NCBI GenBank assembly: GCA_963695545.1
Contig: OY968796.1
Span: forward strand, 3,392,001-3,456,000
From: Terriglobia bacterium
GTDB taxonomy: Bacteria > Acidobacteriota > Terriglobia > Acidiferrales > UBA7541
DNA length: 64,000 bases
Direction of reading: 5' to 3'
The position numbers and the translations under genes were made by a program. Within the stretch, counting starts at the first letter, position 1. Each line of letters opens with the position of its first letter. The notes below the pieces were generated by a model, which was not told where the DNA came from, made no database searches, and was given only the letters and a program-made list of their open reading frames with translations. Shown here piece after piece: positions 56,638-64,000 of the stretch.

Positions 56638-57428
56638 ACATGGCTACGCGCGCGCTCCATCTCGGCGACGATGGTTTGAAGCAGCCGCTAGCGTGGTCGG
56701 CCGCGCTTCATGCCGCGCTGTTCGCCGCCGTAATTGCTTCGACCGTATTCACGCATCAGGGCGAATCGTGGGGTGGGCCGGGCGGAGATCAGGGAGTGAC
56801 GGTCGGATTGGTGCGCAATCTACCGGGGATTCCTTTGCCGCGGCCCGACGTGGTGACGACGAGCACCACGGTGGACACGACGAAGGGGCTGTATAAGCAA
56901 GAGCCGAAGCCGAAAGAAGACATGACCATAGCCACGCAGATTCCCCAATTCGAAAAAGAAAAGCCGCCGCATTATATTTCGCGGCCTTCGCGCCCGCTGC
57001 CGGACGAATCGACGCCCCCACCGAACGCGGTGCCGTACGGTCAGGGCGGAGCGCCAAGCGTTCCGTATTCATCCCCTATGCAAATGGCCGGAGCCACACA
57101 GGGGGGCATGCAGTTCGGCGGGCCGGGCGGCGATTTTTCGGGGCGCTTCCCGACCTATGTGGACGGCGTGCGCGCGCGGGTCAGCAGCAATTGGCTGCAA
57201 TCGACGGTGGATCCGACGGTGCGATGGGCGCCGCGTGTTGTGTACACATTTGAGATTTTGCACGACGGCACAATTGTGAATCCGCAACTGATGCAATCGA
57301 GCGGAAACGCGTCCGTGGACAATTCCGCGCTGCGAGCAATTATGGGCTCGAGTCCGCTGGGCCCGCTGCCTTCGGGATATTCGGGCTCGAACGTGACGGT
57401 GCAGTTCTGGTTTGATTTTCGCCGCTAA
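56634..57428 (+). CDS. TolA/TonB-family energy transducer
   Basis: N-terminal TM with SxxxH, Pro-rich linker, TonB-C domain. Confidence 0.82.
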   Translation: MNMATRALHLGDDGLKQPLAWSAALHAALFAAVIASTVFTHQGESWGGPGGDQGVTVGLVRNLPGIPLPRPDVVTTSTTVDTTKGLYKQEPKPKEDMTIATQIPQFEKEKPPHYISRPSRPLPDESTPPPNAVPYGQGGAPSVPYSSPMQMAGATQGGMQFGGPGGDFSGRFPTYVDGVRARVSSNWLQSTVDPTVRWAPRVVYTFEILHDGTIVNPQLMQSSGNASVDNSALRAIMGSSPLGPLPSGYSGSNVTVQFWFDFRR

Positions 57429-57451
57429 TTGGATAGTGCAGGGGGCCTGAG

Positions 57452-58831
57452 TTGACGAATCTGAGACGAGCGATAGGCTGGTGCAGGGAAATCCGTCGCA
57501 CAGCGATTTTCGTGGCGGCTTGTCTCGTCGTTTGTTGTGGCGCGCTCGCGGGGCGCCCCGCAGCGGCGCAAGATTGGTTTCAAACCGGCACCGGGTTGGG
57601 AGTCAGCAAGGCGCGATTGGCCGTGGCGGACTTTGCGGCGCGAAGTCCAGCGGTGGCCCCGCTGGCGACGGAATTCGGCGACGTGGTCCGCGCCGATCTT
57701 GAATACAGCGGCATCGTAGATCTGGTGAGCAAAAGTTATTCGCCCACGCAGTTGCCGTCCGTGCCGTCCGAAGTCCAGGCGCAGGCTTGGACCGACGCTC
57801 CCGCTTCAGCGCAGCTTCTGGCCTACGGCAATCTTTCGGCCTCCGGCAACAACATCGAGGTCGACGCATGGTTGAACGACGTGCGCGACGCTTCCCTGCC
57901 GCCGGCGATCGGAAAAGTTTATCGCGGCCCAGCAACCGATCAGCAGGTGCGCGCGTTCGCGCACGAATTCGCAGACGAAATCGTGGAGCGCCTTTCAGGC
58001 GGCTTGGCGGGGATCGCGTCAACGCAAATCGCCTTCGTCAGCAACCGCACCGGCAACAAGGAGATCTGGGTGATGGATTACGACGGCGCGAATCAGCGGC
58101 AGCTCACTTCGCTGCACTCGATCGCGCTGACGCCGCGATGGTCTCCCGACGCGACGCGCATCGCCTACACGTGCTATCCGCCGGCGGGAATGTATTTGAG
58201 CGCGCAGATTTGCATGTACTCGATGCTCACCGGCAAAGGCATCGCCTGGCCGCGCTATCGCGGCACGAACAGCTCGCCGGCGTGGTCGCCGGATGGCAGC
58301 AAGATTATGTTCATGTCCAGCATGCTGGGAAATCCCGAGTTGTGGGTTGCCAACGCAGACGGCACGCGGCCGAAGCGCTTGACCTACACCTCAGGAGCGA
58401 ACACTTCACCGGCGTGGAATCCGAAAACCGGAGATCAGGTGGCGTTCGTGAGCGATCGCGGCGGGCCACCGCAGCTTTATATGATGGATGCGGACGGCTC
58501 GAACACCTCGAAGGTCGATCTCGTGGACATGGGATACGTGATCGATCCGTCGTGGTCGCCGAACGGCGAGTTGCTGGCATTTTCATGGCGGCGGCCGGAC
58601 GACAACTACGACATCTACGTGATGGACATCGCCACTCATCAGCTTCTGAAATTGACGAGCGGCGACGCGCGCAACGAGCGTCCGTGCTGGGCGCCGGATG
58701 GGCGGCACATCGTTTTTGAATCGACGCGCACCGGCACGCGCCAGATCTGGACAATGCTGGCGGACGGCTCGGACGCGCGGGAACTTACAACGGCCGGGCA
58801 GAACGAATCGCCAAGTTGGTCGTCGAAATGA
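57452..58831 (+). CDS. tolB: TolB
   Basis: PD40 repeats (P.WSPDG); tol operon context. Confidence 0.9.
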   Translation: MTNLRRAIGWCREIRRTAIFVAACLVVCCGALAGRPAAAQDWFQTGTGLGVSKARLAVADFAARSPAVAPLATEFGDVVRADLEYSGIVDLVSKSYSPTQLPSVPSEVQAQAWTDAPASAQLLAYGNLSASGNNIEVDAWLNDVRDASLPPAIGKVYRGPATDQQVRAFAHEFADEIVERLSGGLAGIASTQIAFVSNRTGNKEIWVMDYDGANQRQLTSLHSIALTPRWSPDATRIAYTCYPPAGMYLSAQICMYSMLTGKGIAWPRYRGTNSSPAWSPDGSKIMFMSSMLGNPELWVANADGTRPKRLTYTSGANTSPAWNPKTGDQVAFVSDRGGPPQLYMMDADGSNTSKVDLVDMGYVIDPSWSPNGELLAFSWRRPDDNYDIYVMDIATHQLLKLTSGDARNERPCWAPDGRHIVFESTRTGTRQIWTMLADGSDARELTTAGQNESPSWSSK

Positions 58832-58986
58832 AGGATTTCTTACGCAGGTTCCGCAGTTCGGGCGTCGCGGGCGGAATGCTTTAGGGCTCGCAGCGCTTGC
58901 ATTCTACGGAGGTAGCCCAGCTCAGGAAGCACAGATGTTTGCTCTCTTACTTTCGTTTCTGGCAGACTTTCAAAGGAGGAAGTGAA

Positions 58987-59733
58987 ATGAGAATCCGAAC
59001 TAGCGGCAAAGCAGCGTGGCTTGCCGCCTTGGTCGTGTTGCTCGCGGTTTCCGGTTGCAAACATCCCGTGGCACAGGCTCCCGCGCCACCGCCCGCTCCG
59101 GCCCCGCCGCCGGCGCTGCCGACAGTCACGTTGTCGGCATCTTCGACGATGATTCAACAGGGACAGTCTTCGACGTTGACTTGGTCATCGACCAATGCCA
59201 CGACGCTGGCGATCGCGCCCGGCGTGGGAACGGTTGCGCCGGAAGGCACCTCGAACGTTTCGCCGACCGATTCGACGACATACACGATCACGGCAACTGG
59301 TCCTGGCGGAAGCGCCGATGCCAGCGCCCGCATCACGGTGACTGCGCCACCGCCGCCGCCCGCGCCTGCGCCCACCATGACGATCGAGGAAATGTTCGCG
59401 AACCAGGTGCAGGACGCCTACTTCGACCTCGATAGCGCGGACATCCGAGCGGATGCGCGCGCGGCGCTCGCGAAGACCGCCGACTTCCTCAAGGAGCATC
59501 CGGAAGTCAAAGTCGTCATCGAAGGCCATTGCGACGAGCGCGGTTCGACCGAATATAACCTGGCGCTGGGAGACCGGCGCGCCATGTCGGTGAAGAATTA
59601 CCTGGTATCACTGGGAATTCCCGCCGACCAATTGACGACCGTTAGCTACGGGAAAGAACGGCCGTTCTGTAGCGATCACGACGAAACCTGCTGGCAGCAA
59701 AATCGCCGCGGGCATTTCGTCCTGGCCAAGTAG
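58987..59733 (+). CDS. pal: Peptidoglycan-associated lipoprotein with an extra Ig-like domain
   Basis: Lipobox VSGC; GHCDERGSTEYNLALG; QNRR. Confidence 0.92.
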   Translation: MRIRTSGKAAWLAALVVLLAVSGCKHPVAQAPAPPPAPAPPPALPTVTLSASSTMIQQGQSSTLTWSSTNATTLAIAPGVGTVAPEGTSNVSPTDSTTYTITATGPGGSADASARITVTAPPPPPAPAPTMTIEEMFANQVQDAYFDLDSADIRADARAALAKTADFLKEHPEVKVVIEGHCDERGSTEYNLALGDRRAMSVKNYLVSLGIPADQLTTVSYGKERPFCSDHDETCWQQNRRGHFVLAK

Positions 59734-59751
59734 TTTCGACTGCGCGTTGAC

Positions 59752-59778
59752 GGGGAGGGCGGCGTGGCCGCCCTCCCC
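59752..59778 (+). terminator. GC-rich hairpin after pal
   Basis: GGGGAGGGCGGC-GTG-GCCGCCCTCCCC; weak U tract. Confidence 0.5.
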
Positions 59779-59926
59779 GATTTCAACGCCACTGATGTAC
59801 TGGCGGGCTCCAGGTAGAGGCCGCACCCGACGGGGCGGTTTTGTGGATTTAGTTGCGGACACGATGACGCACAACGCAGGCTGACCGGATTCGATTCCCG
59901 ATCGGCCGCGAAGAAAGGAGATCGCA

Positions 59927-60871
59927 TTGCGCAAACAAACGATTGCATTGCTCGGCGCAGCCATGCTCGCGGGAGCACTGGGCGGTGCGCTGTTTTCGCC
60001 TGCTCCGGCCGAGGCCGTAGCCCGCGAGATCATTGAGCTACAGCAAAGCGTGACTCAGGTGCTGACGAACCAGCAGGCGCTCCAAACGCAGATGACGCAG
60101 AACGCGGCGGTGGAAAAAACGCTGCTCGATCAGGTAACGTCCACGATCAATTCGTTCAATTCCAGCATCGCCACGCTGCAGAAATCGGTGGAGGATTTGC
60201 AGGCCAACTCGGGATCGAGTCTCAGCACGATGGGAACTCAGGTGCAGGGCCTGGCCGATAACGTGGCCGACCTGCAAGCGCGCATCGGGAAACTCGATCA
60301 GAAACTGGCCGACGCGCAAAACACTTTGCAGTCGATCGACGCGCGGCTTGCCGGCGGTGCGCCGCCCACGACGACCGAACCAGGCGCGCCCGGGGCGCCG
60401 CCAGCTGATTCTGCACCGGGATCAGCTCCTCCCACATCAAGCGAGCCGGGAACGGCTCCTCCGGCCGCGATGGCGCCCGGCGCGCCTTCGGCCGACGTGC
60501 TCTATTCCAATGGACTGCGCGACCTGACCGGAAGGCAATACCAGCTGGCGACGCAGGAATTTCAAGACTACCTGAAGTATTACGGCGGGACGGACCTGGC
60601 TTCAAACGCGCAGTTCTATCTGGGCGAGATCGCCTATTCGCAGGGCAAGTTTCAGGACGCGGTGAATGCGTACTCGAAGGTAATTGAAAATTATCCGAAG
60701 AGCTTCAAGCTGGCGCCGGCGCATTTGAAAAAGGGACTCGCGCTGATCGAACTGAACCAGAAAACGAACGCGGAGCGCGAGCTGCGCGCCGTGGTGCGAT
60801 TGTTTCCCGGCACGGACGAAGAGCGCCGCGCCCGCGCCAAGCTGAAGGAACTCGGCGCGCCGGTAGCTTAA
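59927..60871 (+). CDS. cpoB: CpoB/YbgF (coiled coil plus TPR)
   Basis: Signal peptide, coiled coil, NAQFYLGE TPR; follows pal. Confidence 0.85.
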   Translation: MRKQTIALLGAAMLAGALGGALFSPAPAEAVAREIIELQQSVTQVLTNQQALQTQMTQNAAVEKTLLDQVTSTINSFNSSIATLQKSVEDLQANSGSSLSTMGTQVQGLADNVADLQARIGKLDQKLADAQNTLQSIDARLAGGAPPTTTEPGAPGAPPADSAPGSAPPTSSEPGTAPPAAMAPGAPSADVLYSNGLRDLTGRQYQLATQEFQDYLKYYGGTDLASNAQFYLGEIAYSQGKFQDAVNAYSKVIENYPKSFKLAPAHLKKGLALIELNQKTNAERELRAVVRLFPGTDEERRARAKLKELGAPVA

Positions 60872-60921
60872 GCCGGCGGCGCAGACCCGCGACATTTAGT
60901 TGTCTTGCGCCCACATGTTTA

Positions 60922-61749
60922 CTACGCACCTTCCGAAGGCAACCGCGCGCTGACGACAGGAACCATCCACACCGCGTATCCACGCGGATCGCGAATATTT
61001 GCGATCATCTGATTGAAATAGACGAGCGTCTCTTCGCGCGTGAAGGTCGTCAGCTGCGCGATCGATTCGGTGTAGCCATCGCGCCACGCTTCGATGATCG
61101 TCGCGAATGTCTCGCGGGGCACGCGGACTGTGTCCACGACCACAAAGTCGACCTTGATCTCCGCAAGATTCAGCGCGGCCAGTATCCCAAAAGTGTTGCG
61201 CCCGATGAATAGGTCCGTGCCCGTTCCCGAGCTGAAGCTCGGCGGCGCCGCGTGCCAGAAATCGCGCGGATCGAGGGCGCCGCGCTGGAAGTGAAGCATG
61301 CCGTAATCCTCGGGAATCAGGTGCACGTAGCCACCGCGGCGCGTAACGCGCGCGAGTTCGGCGATCACGCGGTCGGCGTAGGGGATCGAGTGGAGAACGT
61401 GGCGGCACACCGTGAGATTGAAGCTGCGATCCGCGGCGTCGAGCTCGAAGATGCTCTGATGCTCGAACGAGAGGCGCGGCGCGAGATTTTGATAGCGTGA
61501 TCGCCCCAAGGTCAGATGGTCGTCGACGATGTCCACTCCAAGCACGGTGGATCGCGGGAAAAGCTCGGCGAGTCGCGACGCTATCTCGCCCGTGCCACAG
61601 CCGGCATCGAGTATTCGAGGTTCCGCTGGGAGCGCATAGCGGCGAAATAGCTCAATTTCCTGCAGCCAAATGGCTCGCGCTTGCGCATCGAGATTGCGCA
61701 CCATGGACTCATCGGCCATCTGTTTTGCCTGCGGATTGAGATCGGTCAA
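60922..61749 (-). CDS. Class I SAM-dependent methyltransferase
   Basis: ILDAGCGTG. Confidence 0.85.
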   Translation of the reverse strand: MTDLNPQAKQMADESMVRNLDAQARAIWLQEIELFRRYALPAEPRILDAGCGTGEIASRLAELFPRSTVLGVDIVDDHLTLGRSRYQNLAPRLSFEHQSIFELDAADRSFNLTVCRHVLHSIPYADRVIAELARVTRRGGYVHLIPEDYGMLHFQRGALDPRDFWHAAPPSFSSGTGTDLFIGRNTFGILAALNLAEIKVDFVVVDTVRVPRETFATIIEAWRDGYTESIAQLTTFTREETLVYFNQMIANIRDPRGYAVWMVPVVSARLPSEGA

Positions 61750-61898
61750 CTTATTCTCCCGGCGCAGCTCGCGCCGATTCTACACCGGACGCAGATTTGC
61801 GCCGTCGGCTGCGGCGTGCTATTTTTCTCTCGCGAACCTGCACGTCCCCCATCGCATCGAGCCGCCGATCGCGTCGAGCCCGAAGAAGGAGATGCACG

Positions 61899-62381
61899 AT
61901 GTCAGTCAACAAAGTGATTCTGGTTGGGCGTTTGGGGAAAGATCCCGAGACGCGCTTCACCTCCGGCGGCCAGGCGGTGTGCAATTTCACCATGGCCACC
62001 GATGAAACATACAAAGACCGCAACGGCGAGCGCCAGAAGCGCACGGAATGGCACCGAATTGTGCTGTGGGGCAAGCTCGCGGAGGTCGCGCAGCAATATC
62101 TGAAGAAGGGCCATCTGGTTTATATCGAAGGGCGCATTCAGCAGCGCCAGTGGGACGATACGAAAACGAACACGAAGCGCACTTCGTTCGACATCGTCGG
62201 CAACGTGATGCGCATGCTGACCTCGCGCGCGGAATCCGTGGCGGCGGGCGCGCGTTCGTCGGGCGGCGGATCGTATGGCGCGCCAAGCGGCGGAGGCGGC
62301 GGATTCGACGCGGAAGGCCCTGCTCCGCCGGTCGATGAGCCGGTCGGACCGGAAGTGACCGACGAAGACATTCCGTTTTAG
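61899..62381 (+). CDS. ssb: Single-stranded DNA-binding protein
   Basis: [21 protein letters not shown]-terminal DEDIPF. Confidence 0.95.
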   Translation: MSVNKVILVGRLGKDPETRFTSGGQAVCNFTMATDETYKDRNGERQKRTEWHRIVLWGKLAEVAQQYLKKGHLVYIEGRIQQRQWDDTKTNTKRTSFDIVGNVMRMLTSRAESVAAGARSSGGGSYGAPSGGGGGFDAEGPAPPVDEPVGPEVTDEDIPF

Positions 62382-62399
62382 CAGGCCATTTTCCACCGC

Positions 62400-63539
62400 G
62401 TGTTGCGCCGGCTGAATTTCCGGGTAGTGATCCTCATACTGCTGCTGGCAGGAGTGGCCGCGCGAGAAATCGCGGTCGAGCATCGACCGTCGCTTCTGCG
62501 GGCGGGCTCGCACCTCTATGCATATTCTGCGAGCGCGACGGACGGGACCGTGTCCGTGATGGACCTCGCGAGTCTCTCCACAATCGCGACTATTCCGGTC
62601 GGCCCCGCGCCCTCTGGCCTGCGCGCGCATCCAACGCGTGCGGAAATTTGGGGCGTGTCGACTGGGTCGCCTGGATCGCCTGGTTCCGGCGCGGTGTGGG
62701 TGCTCGACGCGCTTGCGAATCGTGTTTCGGCGAGAATTCCAGTCGGAGCCTCGCCATTCGCTTTGGATTTCTCGCCCGATGGGAAACGGGCGTACGTCGC
62801 CGCCTCCGGATCGAATCAACTCGTGGAGATTGACTGCGCGACGCGCGCGATCGTGGCGCGCGCACGAACCGGGGCACGGCCGTGGATGGCGCGCGTCACA
62901 CCGGACGGCCGCGAGGTTCTGGTGCCCAATCGCGACGACGGGACACTCGAGATATTCGACGCCGCGACGCTGGCTCCCGTGGCGACGGTCGGCGTGGCGA
63001 AAGATCCAGAGGAGGTCGCGGTGATGCTCGACAGTTCGGTCGCATTTGTCGCCGCTCCCGCTTCGCACCAAATTTCGGTGGTGGACCTGCGCCATCCGGC
63101 GCTCGATGCGAATCTCGATCTCGACGGCGCGCCATCGAGCCTCACGCTCAAACCCGATGGCGGCGAACTCTACGTCACCGTGCCGGATGCGCATGGCGTG
63201 GAAATCATTTACACCTGGACGATGGATGTGGGCGATTCGATGTTGCTGGGCTCGGCGCCGACGCAGGCCGTGGTTTCTGACGATGGCGGGACGCTGTTCG
63301 TAACCGATGCCTCGGCCGGGCGAGTTGCCGATGTGGCCATCGGAACCCGCGAGACTGCGGCACTAGTGGCCGCGGGGCGCGAGCCCGGCGCCTGCATTTT
63401 GGATCCGAGCGGAGATTTGCTGCTGGTGGCCGACGAGGAATCAAGCGACGTGGCCGTGATCGGCGTGCGCACCGCGAGCTTGCTGACGCTATTGCCCGTC
63501 GGCACGCGGCCGGTATCGCTGGCCGTCAAAATGTTTTGA
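62400..63539 (+). CDS. YncE/YVTN beta-propeller protein
   Basis: Repeated IPVG..P motifs; SPDGKRAYV. Confidence 0.8.
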   Translation: MLRRLNFRVVILILLLAGVAAREIAVEHRPSLLRAGSHLYAYSASATDGTVSVMDLASLSTIATIPVGPAPSGLRAHPTRAEIWGVSTGSPGSPGSGAVWVLDALANRVSARIPVGASPFALDFSPDGKRAYVAASGSNQLVEIDCATRAIVARARTGARPWMARVTPDGREVLVPNRDDGTLEIFDAATLAPVATVGVAKDPEEVAVMLDSSVAFVAAPASHQISVVDLRHPALDANLDLDGAPSSLTLKPDGGELYVTVPDAHGVEIIYTWTMDVGDSMLLGSAPTQAVVSDDGGTLFVTDASAGRVADVAIGTRETAALVAAGREPGACILDPSGDLLLVADEESSDVAVIGVRTASLLTLLPVGTRPVSLAVKMF

Positions 63540-63549
63540 TCACTTCCAC

Positions 63550-64000
63550 CTAATCCCAGCCGAAATTTTCGCGCCCGAGACGTACCTCAAGCGAACCGTC
63601 AGGCGGGAGCACATCGATCGGCAATCCCGCACGCCAAAGGCTGGCACCTATGCGAATGGTGTCGGCCTTGCCGCGAAGCACGAGGCTGCGCGCCACGCCG
63701 ACTTCGAGAATTCGATCGTAGGCTACCTTGACCAAAGGATCGGGGCCGAGCAAACAAAGGTCGCGCGTTTCCGCGCGGTAACCCATCAGCTTTCCTTTCT
63801 CGATAAAGGCGATGATGCGCAGTTCCTGATCGCCTTCGACAGTGACGCGCAGTTCGGCGTCGCGCATTTCGTCGGCCGCCTCGGGAAATGCATCCACGCG
63901 TACGTAAACCATTTGTTCATCGAAGCCATAGCGCAGCTCGTGCAGCACGGGCATGCGGCCGTGCATCGAACCGCCGCGCCGGTCGGCCGAATAGACGCCG
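63550..64000 (-). CDS. C-terminal part of a larger protein (possibly GH57 glycoside hydrolase), starts beyond the window
   Basis: Frame open to the window edge; ...GGSMHG...LRYGFDE...YVRVD resembles the GH57 C-terminal domain (inference). Confidence 0.5.
   Translation of the reverse strand, partial: GVYSADRRGGSMHGRMPVLHELRYGFDEQMVYVRVDAFPEAADEMRDAELRVTVEGDQELRIIAFIEKGKLMGYRAETRDLCLLGPDPLVKVAYDRILEVGVARSLVLRGKADTIRIGASLWRAGLPIDVLPPDGSLEVRLGRENFGWD

Overview
High-GC bacterial chromosome segment; gene content and repeat families suggest Acidobacteriota (inference). The left ~27 kb holds a minus-strand, podovirus/P22-like particle gene cluster: tail hub-like gene running off the window edge, adaptor, major capsid, portal, terminase large subunit, holin-like gene and two spike/fibre genes. 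Upstream lies a minimal three-gene early/regulatory module (HTH, replication-initiator-like, sigma4/Q-like). No integrase, repressor or endolysin is visible. The cluster looks host-adapted: it is densely colonised by REP-like palindromes (two in-frame inside CDSs) and interrupted by a DUF885 gene. It is transcribed from a near-consensus sigma70 promoter followed at once by an intrinsic terminator. Both spike/fibre proteins carry Sec-type signal peptides, and each is preceded by a paralogous small beta-protein. This copy is damaged (in-frame stop in the adaptor, portal frameshift, IS3 insertion with probable deletion). The best candidate for an undescribed system is a domesticated, GTA-like podoviral particle with exported spikes. 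The right ~35 kb is ordinary host DNA: aspA, rhamnogalacturonan lyase-rhaT, site-2 protease, glgP, sthA, nuoI, ypdA, parAB, miaB, tol-pal-cpoB and ssb. It also has a notable operon of two thymidylate-kinase-like genes with ppx and sixA. All calls come from reading motifs by eye; no database searches were run.
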